Below are positions 5,235 through 15,032 of a stretch of DNA of 64,000 bases, in pieces. The notes beneath the pieces were generated by a model. It ran no database searches and was not told the origin of the DNA. It worked only from the letters and a program-made list of their open reading frames with translations. Source of the DNA: a virus; IMG/VR virus record IMGVR_UViG_3300020198_000887, positions 1-64,000 of that record, one strand, 5' to 3'. The position numbers and the translations under genes were made by a program. Within the stretch, counting starts at the first letter, position 1; every line of letters starts with the position of its first letter.

Positions 5235-6746
5235 ATGACTACATTCGTAGAAGACGCACGAGAACAAGAATCACGCATATCAAATGGGGTGGCTGCTCAT
5301 AAGACCACTACCAATAAAGCAGTGGATTTATTCTTTAATATTGGTGCAAGTAGAGGAAAGGACATTATTCCAGCGTTTACCGCAGCATATGCGGAAAACA
5401 AAGATCTAGCACTTCGTATTGCATTATGGGCGCGTGATGCTCGAGGTGGTGCAGGTGAACGTAAATTGTTCAGAGATATTCTTGTGCATTTAGAAACTGT
5501 TGACACCGATGCTGCAAAAGCATTAATTAATAAAACAATATTGGTAGGAAGGTGGGATGACTTATTAGTGTTTAAGACACCGGAATTGCAACAAGTGGCT
5601 TTCACTAAAATTAAAAACACACTTGTTGCAGGAATACAAGCTAAATCATTATTAGATAGATTTGATGCAATGACTGAAGAAGAAACACTAAAACAAAAAC
5701 TTCAATCACAAATATTCGAAGCAAAATTAGTTGCAAAATGGATGCCTCGTGAAAACTCGGCAAAAAGAAAAATTGCTCAAAAATTAATTAAATTTTTTGG
5801 ATGGTCGCCAAAATATTATCGTAAAACATTGGTTTCATTGACTTCGGTGGTTGAAAACAAAATGTGTGCGAATGATTGGGATAATATTAACTTCAGTCAT
5901 GTTCCATCTTTAGCTAGCTCACGTTATAAAAAAGCGTTTAATCGTCATACACCAAAATTTGCTGAATATGTACAATCATTGATCAACGGTGAACCAACTG
6001 TCAAAGTCAATGCTGGTGCAGTATACCCATATGATATTATTAAAGGAATTGGTATATATGGGTATGATAAAACTGAAAATGCCCATATCGTTGCACAATG
6101 GGATTCTCTTCCAAATTATGTAGGTGATGCTAATATTTTACCTTTGGTTGATGTTAGTGGGTCTATGCAGTGTAGAGCTGGTGGTAATAAATCCAACTCA
6201 GATGTCACGTGTATGGATGTAGCAGTATCCTTGGGGTTATATATAGCTAATAAAAATTCTGGTAAATTTAAAGATACCTTTATCACGTTTAGTGAAACCC
6301 CTGAATTGCGCACATTGCGTGGTAATATTGTGGAAAAAGCAACACAAATGATTGCCTCAAATTGGGGTATGGGAACTAATTTACACGCTGCATTTGACTT
6401 GATTTTAGACGTAGCAACCAAGTTTGATGTTCCACAAAGTGAAATGCCAGAAATGCTACTTATTCTGACGGATATGCAATTTAATTGCTGCACACATTAT
6501 GATGATAGTGCAATTAAAATGATTGAACGTAAGTATACCGCAGCTGGTTATAACACCCCGTTGGTTGTATTTTGGAATATCAATTCATCTGATAACGTCC
6601 CAGTGAAAGCAGACAAATCAGGTGCAGCATTGGTTTCAGGGTTTAGTTCTGCTATCGTTAAATCATTATTGGCAGCTGATATGGGTAATTTCACACCAGA
6701 AGGCATTTGTCTTAACACAGTAATGATTGATAGATATACTATTTAA
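5235..6746 (+). CDS. TROVE/Ro60-like protein with C-terminal vWA domain (DUF2828-type)
   Basis: helical N-terminal region (RDARGGAGER, GRWDDL, AKWMPRE); MIDAS DVSGSM, GTNL, LTDMQF, VFWNI, LVSGFS. Confidence 0.82.
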   Translation: MTTFVEDAREQESRISNGVAAHKTTTNKAVDLFFNIGASRGKDIIPAFTAAYAENKDLALRIALWARDARGGAGERKLFRDILVHLETVDTDAAKALINKTILVGRWDDLLVFKTPELQQVAFTKIKNTLVAGIQAKSLLDRFDAMTEEETLKQKLQSQIFEAKLVAKWMPRENSAKRKIAQKLIKFFGWSPKYYRKTLVSLTSVVENKMCANDWDNINFSHVPSLASSRYKKAFNRHTPKFAEYVQSLINGEPTVKVNAGAVYPYDIIKGIGIYGYDKTENAHIVAQWDSLPNYVGDANILPLVDVSGSMQCRAGGNKSNSDVTCMDVAVSLGLYIANKNSGKFKDTFITFSETPELRTLRGNIVEKATQMIASNWGMGTNLHAAFDLILDVATKFDVPQSEMPEMLLILTDMQFNCCTHYDDSAIKMIERKYTAAGYNTPLVVFWNINSSDNVPVKADKSGAALVSGFSSAIVKSLLAADMGNFTPEGICLNTVMIDRYTI

Positions 6747-6831
6747 AATGTGGGGGTTAAATACCATCCAATAGTATGTAAATATCATCAATTTAAATTA
6801 GATCAACGAAAAACTTTTGAATCAGTGAACT

Positions 6832-6862
6832 ACCTTATACCTTCATGGTATAGGGTTTTTTG
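6832..6862 (+). terminator. intrinsic terminator
   Basis: ACCTTATACC-TTCAT-GGTATAGGGT followed by T-run. Confidence 0.7.
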
Positions 6863-6962
6863 CTATAGAGTATAAAAAATAGTTGATATCAGCCAAAATA
6901 CTGACTAAACTTTTTATATATTGTAGGTAGACTACAATACACCGTCCATCGGAGCAAGACTT

Positions 6963-7508
6963 GTGAAAACATTTATAACAGCGGATTTACATTTCAATCA
7001 CGCAAATATTATGAAATATAGTCCGAAGTATAGACAATTTGATAATGTTGACCATATGAACAGTGAAATTATTAATGTTTGGAATTCAACAGTTGAATCA
7101 GAAGATGTTGTTTACATTTTAGGTGATGTTGCATTTTGTGAAGCGAGTATGGCCGCTAAATTTTTACAACAATTAAATGGTAAAAAGATATTAGTAGAAG
7201 GGAATCACGATCATAAACTAGTAAAGAATACATTTTTTAGGAACCAATTTGAAGAAATACACAAATATCTTGAAATAGTATATAATGGGTATAAAATATG
7301 TATGTTTCATTACCCGATTTCAGAATGGAACCAATGTCACCGAGGTTCTATAATGTTACACGGCCATTTGCATGGTAATGTCAGTGGGTTAGAGCATATT
7401 CGAGTTCGAGACGTTGGGTTTGATGCAACTGGTAACGTTGTTTCTTTACTAGATGATATTATTGAAGATGCACTAACAAGTGATATTAGACTACACGGAT
7501 GGAGATAA
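6963..7508 (+). CDS. calcineurin-like metallophosphoesterase
   Basis: ADLHFNH, LGD, GNHD, HYP, LHGHLH. Confidence 0.88.
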   Translation: MKTFITADLHFNHANIMKYSPKYRQFDNVDHMNSEIINVWNSTVESEDVVYILGDVAFCEASMAAKFLQQLNGKKILVEGNHDHKLVKNTFFRNQFEEIHKYLEIVYNGYKICMFHYPISEWNQCHRGSIMLHGHLHGNVSGLEHIRVRDVGFDATGNVVSLLDDIIEDALTSDIRLHGWR

Positions 7509-8014
7509 TGGATATAATTGAAAAAGCACGAATATTTGCAACGGCAGCACATAGCGCGGTAGGACAGAAGCGCAAGTATACCAATGAGCCATATATCGTT
7601 CACCCAACGGAGGTCGCACATATTGTCCGTGGGATATCAGGTAGTACTATTGAAATGATTTCGGCTGCGTATCTTCATGATGTACTAGAAGATACTAATG
7701 TGCCAATTGGTACCTTGCGGGAAGAATTCGGTGATGAAATTACTGAATTAGTTATATGGTTAACTGATGTAAGTAAACCTGGTGATGGCAATCGTGCTAC
7801 TAGAAAGGCCATCGATGTAGCACATATCAAACACGCACCACCAAATGCAAAAACTATAAAACTTGCTGACATTATATCGAATGTACAAAGCATAGTTGAG
7901 CATGATCCAGATTTTGCTACGATATATATTGACGAGAAGAAAGCACAGTTAGCTGTATTAACAGAAGGCCATCCAGTATTATATAACCTAGCAAAGGCGT
8001 TAATTGATTATTAA
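7508..8014 (+). CDS. HD-domain hydrolase, SpoT/Mesh1-like (p)ppGpp hydrolase family
   Basis: AH..QKRK...PYIVHP, LHDVLEDT, EEFG, LTD, IKLADIISN. Confidence 0.85.
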   Translation: MDIIEKARIFATAAHSAVGQKRKYTNEPYIVHPTEVAHIVRGISGSTIEMISAAYLHDVLEDTNVPIGTLREEFGDEITELVIWLTDVSKPGDGNRATRKAIDVAHIKHAPPNAKTIKLADIISNVQSIVEHDPDFATIYIDEKKAQLAVLTEGHPVLYNLAKALIDY

Positions 8015-8047
8015 CTAGCGATGTCTATGAATATCTCTTTATATTTT

Positions 8048-8055
8048 ATAAATAT
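8048..8055 (+). promoter_or_regulatory. T4-like late promoter TATAAATA
   Basis: TATAAATA ~40 nt before a structural gene; TAAATA cores also precede 14398, 18424, 21165, 31415, 38816, 42404, 46099 and 50125. Confidence 0.6.
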
Positions 8056-8094
8056 AAGATAAGATCGGTATGATCACGGAAACGGAGATAGCAC

Positions 8095-10260
8095 ATGTCG
8101 CTACGATTAAGACGAGGCACAAATGCCGAAAGATTATCAGCAACAATTGATTCAGGTGAATTAGTATATGTAACTGATACTAATAAACTATATATTGGTG
8201 ATGGACAAAGTCCAAACCATGGGGTAAACATTTTATCAACATCTGCTGGTATTGGGTTATCATGGAATGACACAACCCAAAAAATTGACCTGAGTTCAGC
8301 AACCATGACTACTGCAAATATTGCTGAATTTGGGAATTTATATTTTACTGCAGAACGGGCGCAAGATGCAATATCGACCCTATTTTCACATAATTCACAT
8401 AATGGCATAACATTTCAATATGATGATTTGAATAATAAAATTAATGCAACTGTGGTACCATTGTTACCTTCCAATAGTGTTGGGTTTTTATACAACACCG
8501 GTAATGGTACATTATCTTGGAATACTACCAACTTTGCATTACAAAACATAGCAGAAGATACTACACCTATGTTAGGTGGGTCATTAAATTTGAATGGCAA
8601 TGATATTATCGGATATGGTGATATTACTATTACCGGAAAAATTGAGTTAGATGGCACTGTGCAGGGTAATATAATACCTAATATTTCATCGGTGTATACA
8701 TTAGGAAACATCAATTATCGCTTGAGCCAAGCATATATCAACACCGTTTACATTGGAAATGAAAATATTTCAAATGATGGTGGGCTAACTATCAGTTCAG
8801 TAACGAATCCAAATGTTTATATTAATAATGTCGGACCGGCACCAGCTAGCTTACGTCTCAGGAAAGCAAAGGGGGCTGTTGGTGATTTACAAACAGTTGC
8901 AGTAAATGACACAATATATGAAATTAAATGGGATGCATATACTACTGATAATGGTTACTTACCAGTGGCTGGAATTGTTGCGAAAGTAACAAACCCCCCT
9001 ACTACGACAGTTGTCCCAACAAAACTTGATTTCTATACAACTGACATTGATGGCAGTAATACGGTAAAAGTATCAATTTTATCTAATGGGCGCTTATCTG
9101 TAATAAATGGGTTGACAACGCATGGGTTAACGTTGGAATATGATACATTATCAGCTAATAATGTAAGTGGATTTGTCCGAATTAATGGTAAGTTGAGTGT
9201 TTCGCAGGACATAGTTGTATTAGGTGATATTCAAGACGCATTTGGCAGATCTCTTATATCTACCCCATTGACTAACCATTTTTATGTAAATCCACAAATG
9301 CCAGGAACATATACCCCTGATGGCAGTATTCAAAAACCATTTTTAACAATCGCCGACGCGCAATTCGCCGCAACACAACTTATTGTTGATGAAGTAATCG
9401 CGCCGTCTGAAGGAAATCCAATTTTTATTGTGTTGCAAGGAAATGTTGTAGAAGATGTAATTTTAGATCATGGGCATATTTTCTTAATCGGGCAATACGG
9501 TGGAATTCATGCACCCATTTACATTTATGGAACTATTACCATAAATGGGTCTGATACAACGGTAAATTCATACGAACTTAATCAATTCAGTATCCAAGGT
9601 GTTTCGGTAGTTTCACCGGACCAGCACGCAAGCATTTACTTTACTGGGGCTAACCCACAACAATTAATGTTAAAAGATGTATGGTTATCCGCGAGTGGCA
9701 ATCAAACCGGGACAGTTCCGTTTACAGATGCTGGTGGTTATAGCATATATTCCGACAACACTGGTATACGATTGAGTGATAACACGCGGTCAACCATTCA
9801 CGGCTCGGATATTAAGTTTAGTCATTCAGGAGCAGGTGATGTATATTGCATTAACATGCTACATGGGGTTTGTGAATTAAGTCACGTCGAAACTAGTAAT
9901 ATTACCCAATTTGGTGCAGTTAAGTCCGGGGCAGCACTTACTTTGCAAAACTCAACCATTATTGGGAATGGGGAGAGTGTGATTGAAGCCTATGGAACTG
10001 GGGTTCTAACATTGACTTCATGCCTACTTGTGAATACTCAACCTAATTCAAATGGGATTAAATTAAATAGCGGCACATCCACTGTTATTATTGGTAACTG
10101 TACGTTCAATATACCGGCGGGTAGTGGAAAAGCGGTGTATAATATCACATCTGGTGGGGCGTTATTCCACTCAGGTAGTATGTTTATGCCTAATTCAAAT
10201 AATAAAATAACAAGTACTATTTTGGCAACTGAATTAGTGACAATATTTGATAATACATAA
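8095..10260 (+). CDS. tail fiber/spike-like virion protein
   Basis: N-terminal LRLRRGT...GELVYVTDTNKLYIGDG fiber motif; DGSIQKPFLTIADA; beta-helix-like C-terminus. Confidence 0.75.
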   Translation: MSLRLRRGTNAERLSATIDSGELVYVTDTNKLYIGDGQSPNHGVNILSTSAGIGLSWNDTTQKIDLSSATMTTANIAEFGNLYFTAERAQDAISTLFSHNSHNGITFQYDDLNNKINATVVPLLPSNSVGFLYNTGNGTLSWNTTNFALQNIAEDTTPMLGGSLNLNGNDIIGYGDITITGKIELDGTVQGNIIPNISSVYTLGNINYRLSQAYINTVYIGNENISNDGGLTISSVTNPNVYINNVGPAPASLRLRKAKGAVGDLQTVAVNDTIYEIKWDAYTTDNGYLPVAGIVAKVTNPPTTTVVPTKLDFYTTDIDGSNTVKVSILSNGRLSVINGLTTHGLTLEYDTLSANNVSGFVRINGKLSVSQDIVVLGDIQDAFGRSLISTPLTNHFYVNPQMPGTYTPDGSIQKPFLTIADAQFAATQLIVDEVIAPSEGNPIFIVLQGNVVEDVILDHGHIFLIGQYGGIHAPIYIYGTITINGSDTTVNSYELNQFSIQGVSVVSPDQHASIYFTGANPQQLMLKDVWLSASGNQTGTVPFTDAGGYSIYSDNTGIRLSDNTRSTIHGSDIKFSHSGAGDVYCINMLHGVCELSHVETSNITQFGAVKSGAALTLQNSTIIGNGESVIEAYGTGVLTLTSCLLVNTQPNSNGIKLNSGTSTVIIGNCTFNIPAGSGKAVYNITSGGALFHSGSMFMPNSNNKITSTILATELVTIFDNT

Positions 10261-10278
10261 TAATTTTATTAATCTACG

Positions 10279-10310
10279 AAAAATAGGTGCATAACGCACC
10301 TATTTTTTTG
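10279..10310 (+). terminator. intrinsic terminator
   Basis: AAAATAGGTGC-ATAAC-GCACCTATTTTTTT. Confidence 0.8.
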
Positions 10311-10318
10311 TTTAAAAG

Positions 10319-10347
10319 TTGACTATCCCTGAACTGTGATATATAAT
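10319..10347 (+). promoter_or_regulatory. sigma70-type promoter
   Basis: TTGACT, 17-nt spacer, TATAAT. Confidence 0.7.
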
Positions 10348-10376
10348 AATAATAATCTATAACTATTCTTCAACCG

Positions 10377-10886
10377 ATGAAAAAAATGAAATATAGTCCA
10401 GACAAATGGACTTTTAAAAAAACCAACAGATTGGCAATCTTAACAGATAACGGGACTGCCACCGCCGATGATGTGTATTTTAATAGGCTATTAGAAAATG
10501 AACAACTTGATCTAGCACGTGACCAAGATACCGAGTGGCAGAAAAATAATTTAGAATATACATTGAGAACAACCGACTACATTATCGAAAAAGTTGTAGC
10601 AAGTGACACATATGCTCAAAATTTATATGCGGCATTATGCAATAATCAATTTATTCATCTAGACAACAGTTGGAATATTCTTAAAGAAAACTATTGGAAT
10701 TGCAGTTGGAAATACGCTGGTGGTATAATAGCTGATATGATAGGATATGGTGATTACATGGATTGGTATTGCTCTGGGATTCCATCGGGCGATGATGGCC
10801 CATCTGGGAATGTTCATGAAGGAAAAGTGACGGATGAAATTAGAAATGACCTTAGACTTATGGGATGGGTGGTAATAACAAAATGA
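10377..10886 (+). CDS. hypothetical phage protein
   Basis: 169-aa ORF; YAQNLYAALCN...DYMDWYCSG. Confidence 0.75.
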   Translation: MKKMKYSPDKWTFKKTNRLAILTDNGTATADDVYFNRLLENEQLDLARDQDTEWQKNNLEYTLRTTDYIIEKVVASDTYAQNLYAALCNNQFIHLDNSWNILKENYWNCSWKYAGGIIADMIGYGDYMDWYCSGIPSGDDGPSGNVHEGKVTDEIRNDLRLMGWVVITK

Positions 10887-11050
10887 CTACATATGCGGTA
10901 GATGAAATAGTTGAAGAAATACCAGGTGATACTGATAACATTTTGATGAAAATTCCTGATGAAATAATACAACATAATGGGTGGTTACCTGGTGATTTAA
11001 TAGAAATTACTATAGAAGATGAGAAATTAATAATCAAAAAACATGAGTAA
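10883..11050 (+). CDS. AbrB/MazE/SpoVT-like DNA-binding protein
   Basis: MKIPDEIIQHNGWLPGDLIEITIEDEKLIIKK. Confidence 0.65.
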   Translation: MTTYAVDEIVEEIPGDTDNILMKIPDEIIQHNGWLPGDLIEITIEDEKLIIKKHE

Positions 11051-11261
11051 AGAAGATGCAATCGAAATGACAGGGAAAGTAGATGACGTACTACCTGGAA
11101 ATATGTTTAAAGTAACAATTGATGATACTACACATACACTTGTGTGTTATCTAGCGGGTAAACTTAAACAACACAAAATACGAGTTATTCAAGGTGACAG
11201 GGTAAAAATCGAAGTCAGTCCATATGACCTTAATAAAGGTAGAGTAATTTATAGGTTATAA
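11043..11261 (+). CDS. infA: translation initiation factor IF-1
   Basis: MSKEDAIEMTGKV...LPGNMFKV...GKLKQHKIRVIQGDRVKIEVSPYDLNKGRVIYR. Confidence 0.95.
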   Translation: MSKEDAIEMTGKVDDVLPGNMFKVTIDDTTHTLVCYLAGKLKQHKIRVIQGDRVKIEVSPYDLNKGRVIYRL

Positions 11262-11262
11262 C

Positions 11263-12102
11263 ATGAAAATAACCGTAGTATCTGATCTACACCTAGAATT
11301 TAGTCCAATATCATTCTCTAATTCCCAAAATGCCGATATATTAATATTGTCTGGTGATATATTAATATCTGAAATTTTACATGATTACCCTAGAGAACGG
11401 GAAGAATTGCCACACTACGAACCCAGACAAATACAAGCATTGCGATTTCGTGAATTTTTAAAAGAATGTTCAGAACAATTTAAACATGTAATTTATGTTT
11501 CTGGAAATCATGAATTATATTACGGCAAGTTTTATGCCGGGATTGAATATCTGCGTGAAGAATGTTCATTTTTTCAAAATGTTCATTTTCTAGAAAATAA
11601 TTCTGTGACAATTGATGATGTTCTATTCATTGGTGCTACATTGTGGACAGATGCAAACAATAGTGACCCATTGACACTGTGTAACTTACCGTCTATGATA
11701 AATGATTATAAGCTTATTCGGAATGATCATTGTGGAGTTAGAAAATTAAGAATTGACGACACTGTTAAACGACATCGTGAATCTATTGCATACATTGCAG
11801 AAGCTGTTATAAATGCACCATCTGATAAAAAAATAGTAGTTGTTACCCATCATTCACCATGTCTCTTGAGTATCCCTGACAAATACAAAAATATGTATGA
11901 AATGAATGGAGGGTATCATAGTGATTTATCCAAATTTATTTTGAATAACCCACTGATAACATTATGGACACACGGACATACCCACACAATGCAAAATTAT
12001 ACCGTTGGTGAAACCAGAATCGTGTGTAATCCGCGTGGATATGAAAATGCTTCATATAGTGAAAATACCGGATGGAACCCTAATTTAATTTTGGAGATAT
12101 AA
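11263..12102 (+). CDS. metallophosphoesterase
   Basis: SDLHLE, GD, GNHE, THHSP, HGHTH, NPRGY. Confidence 0.88.
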   Translation: MKITVVSDLHLEFSPISFSNSQNADILILSGDILISEILHDYPREREELPHYEPRQIQALRFREFLKECSEQFKHVIYVSGNHELYYGKFYAGIEYLREECSFFQNVHFLENNSVTIDDVLFIGATLWTDANNSDPLTLCNLPSMINDYKLIRNDHCGVRKLRIDDTVKRHRESIAYIAEAVINAPSDKKIVVVTHHSPCLLSIPDKYKNMYEMNGGYHSDLSKFILNNPLITLWTHGHTHTMQNYTVGETRIVCNPRGYENASYSENTGWNPNLILEI

Positions 12103-12103
12103 A

Positions 12104-12295
12104 GTGACACAAGAAACACAACAAACTCAACAATCAGTAAGCGATATGGTCCGTATTACTGCTAATAACACTATTAACTTTTTTAATGAAATTGCAAATC
12201 ATATTGACCAACTAGAAAACAGGATTCGTGTACTAGAAGCACAAATTGAACAATATGAAAAGTTGTCTGTTGCCGAATTCGACGACCACAAATAA
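12104..12295 (+). CDS. small coiled-coil protein
   Basis: GGAG RBS; coiled-coil periodicity. Confidence 0.6.
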   Translation: MTQETQQTQQSVSDMVRITANNTINFFNEIANHIDQLENRIRVLEAQIEQYEKLSVAEFDDHK

Positions 12296-12333
12296 TATAT
12301 TCACATAATTTTTTAAACACACAAGGAAATAAA

Positions 12334-12924
12334 ATGCCATCATTAATTCCAATGGTTGTAGAACAAGAAGCAAGGGGTGAACGTTCGTATGATATTTACA
12401 GTAGACTACTTAAAGACCGTATCATCATGTTAGATACTGCGGTGGATGAGCATTCCTCTAGTATATTAGTAGCGCAGTTATTGTTCTTAGAAAGCCAAAA
12501 CAACGATGATATTCAATTTTACATTAATAGCCCAGGAGGAGTAATTACGGCTGGGATGGCAATTTATGATACAATGCAATTCATTAAACCCGATGTATCC
12601 ACTATTGTTATGGGTCAAGCATGCTCAATGGGGTCGTTCTTGGCACAAGCAGGTGCACCTGGTAAACGATACATGTTGCCAAATGCAAGACACATGATTC
12701 ATCAACCAAGTGGTGGTGCACGTGGTATGCAAAGTGATATTGAAATTCAATATAAAGAAATAACGAAAATGAAACAGATTTTAACACAATTATATGTTGA
12801 CCACAACACTGCAGGTAAGACATATTATGATTTTGAACGGGACATGGACCGCGATACATTTATGAGTGCGCACGAAGCATTGGCTTATGGGCTCTGTGAT
12901 GAAATTGTAACTAAACGCGATTAA
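12334..12924 (+). CDS. clpP: ATP-dependent Clp protease proteolytic subunit
   Basis: [25 protein letters not shown] (Ser), MIHQP (His), DRDTFM. Confidence 0.96.
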   Translation: MPSLIPMVVEQEARGERSYDIYSRLLKDRIIMLDTAVDEHSSSILVAQLLFLESQNNDDIQFYINSPGGVITAGMAIYDTMQFIKPDVSTIVMGQACSMGSFLAQAGAPGKRYMLPNARHMIHQPSGGARGMQSDIEIQYKEITKMKQILTQLYVDHNTAGKTYYDFERDMDRDTFMSAHEALAYGLCDEIVTKRD

Positions 12925-12952
12925 TTAATACATATTTCTAGCAGACTGATAG

Positions 12953-14275
12953 GTGAAACAAATGAAAACACCATGGGAAGTAATCACATTACTAGAATCC
13001 GATAATAGACGATTAGTTAAAGAATCTATCATTAATGAAGAACTAAACTCGTCTAACAATGTCTTTTTTGAAGGATGTCGGTTAAGTTTAGACCCAATGA
13101 CAACATTTGGGATTAAGCAAGTCGATGTAAAATCTAATGAATCTGGGCCTGGACTTACCTGGGAACAATTTTCAAGTGTTATTCGGAATTTAGTTGACCG
13201 GACAACCACTGGAAACGCCGCACGTGCCCTAATATCTGAATTAATGACCCAAGCAACAATTGATGAATGGAATAATTGGTATAGACGAATATTAATTAAA
13301 GATCTACGGTGTGGGATAAGTGAAAAAACCATCAACAAAGTTGTTAAAAACCACGAAAAATATACTATCCCGGTTTTCAAATGCCAACTTGCACACGATA
13401 GCGCCAACCATGAATCAAAAATAATTGGTAAGAAACTATTAGAAGTTAAATTGGATGGAATTAGGGTTCTTACTATAGTTTATCCAACTGGCAGAGTAGA
13501 CCAATATAGTAGAAATGGTAAACAGTTATTTAATTTTGAACAAATTAGACAACAATTTTCATTAGTAGCAAAAACCCTTCATAAACCAATGGTATTTGAT
13601 GGTGAAATTATGAGTACATCCTTTCAAGATTTGATGACACAAGTGACTCGCAAAGAAAATGTTTCAACCAATGATGCAGTGTTATATTTATTTGATATGA
13701 TACCATTAGCGGACTTTGAAAAAGGACAGTTTGATGTTCCACAAGAACAAAGATCAAAATATCTTAAAGAATGGTTTAGTGATAAGATTTTCTTACAACT
13801 TCATAATGTACGAATAGTACAACAAGAACTAGTAGATTTGAATACATCTGATGGATATAACCGGTATCTACAGATAAACCAATCTGCGATTGATGGTGGG
13901 TATGAAGGGATCATTCTAAAAGACCCAACCTCATCATATATTTGTGATAGAACCGTTGCTTGGTTAAAACTTAAACCATTCATTGAAGTATCCCTGGAGG
14001 TAATTGCTGTTGAAGAAGGGACAGGAAGAAATAAAGGACGACTCGGGGCGCTGGTATGTAAAGGCATCGACGATTCGATAGAAATTGTGGTTAACGTGGG
14101 TAGTGGCTTTAGTGATCAGCTTCGATGCGATATTTGGCAACACACTACAAATGTTGTTGGGCACATGGTTGAAATCCGTGCTGATGCCATAACACACAAC
14201 AAAGATGGCACGTATAGTTTACGTTTTCCAAGATTTAAAAGTTTTCGTGGGTTTGTACCTGGTGAAAAATTGTAA
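12953..14275 (+). CDS. lig: ATP-dependent DNA ligase
   Basis: EVKLDGIR, FDGEI, LFD, EGIILKD, WLKLK, VGSGF, SLRFPRF. Confidence 0.93.
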   Translation: MKQMKTPWEVITLLESDNRRLVKESIINEELNSSNNVFFEGCRLSLDPMTTFGIKQVDVKSNESGPGLTWEQFSSVIRNLVDRTTTGNAARALISELMTQATIDEWNNWYRRILIKDLRCGISEKTINKVVKNHEKYTIPVFKCQLAHDSANHESKIIGKKLLEVKLDGIRVLTIVYPTGRVDQYSRNGKQLFNFEQIRQQFSLVAKTLHKPMVFDGEIMSTSFQDLMTQVTRKENVSTNDAVLYLFDMIPLADFEKGQFDVPQEQRSKYLKEWFSDKIFLQLHNVRIVQQELVDLNTSDGYNRYLQINQSAIDGGYEGIILKDPTSSYICDRTVAWLKLKPFIEVSLEVIAVEEGTGRNKGRLGALVCKGIDDSIEIVVNVGSGFSDQLRCDIWQHTTNVVGHMVEIRADAITHNKDGTYSLRFPRFKSFRGFVPGEKL

Positions 14276-14397
14276 TAATATAACAATTTATAATAATTCG
14301 TATAAATATTTTTAATAGCTATCTCCCCGCAAAAAAATGTTTAACTGTCGTTAAACATCAATTAAATTAGTCAATAAAAACCTATAGGAGGTATCAT

Positions 14398-15032
14398 ATG
14401 GCTAGTACATTGGAATCAGTAGAAGCAGGAGTCAACGACAACCCACTTCTGAATAAACTAAACCTAACATTAGGTATTACATTATATCTAACGTTTTATT
14501 CTTTCATCCGTTGGTACGAATACGTTTACGGCTGGTCAGCCGGTCTGGACTCATCCGCACCTGAGTTCGAAACATACTGGATGAACATGTTGTAGTTGTC
14601 GAAGTTATCCTGTTCGCAGGTATTAACGGCTACATATGAAAAACATGTGAACGTAAAGTTATGTCAATCACTCCATGTAAAGAATTGCGTCGTCATTTCA
14701 CACACTGGACATGATTGGTATGTTACGGTTGGGCTATCTACTGGGGCGCTTCTTACTTCACAGTGCAAGACGGTACATGACACCAAACTATCGTTCGTGA
14801 TACTGACTTTACACCAAGTCACATCATCGAATTCTACCGGTCATACCCAATCTACATCATCATTGATGCCGCTTCTTTCATGTATGCAAAAACAAGACTG
14901 CCTACATACCAAGAAGGTTTACACTTGATGTATCTGATTGCTGTTATCGGTCCTTTCATGATTCTGCCAAACGTTAGGTTGAATGAGTGGGGTTACACAT
15001 TCTGGTTTATGGAAGAATTATTTGTCGCTTAA
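14398..15032 (+). pseudogene. pmoC: particulate methane monooxygenase subunit C pseudogene
   Basis: RWYE.VYGWSAGLDS.APEFETYWMN; after a frameshift [57 protein letters not shown]; TGA at 14637, 14712, 14778. Confidence 0.93.

Noticed and set aside
14596-14928. 110-aa ORF in the ORF track
   Set aside because: Out-of-frame shadow of the frameshifted pmoC.
14398-15032. TGA=Trp recoding, since all three internal pmoC stops are TGA at Trp positions
   Set aside because: The gene also has a frameshift, truncation and lost ligands. Other genes end cleanly in TGA and long ORFs use TGG, so G>A decay explains it.
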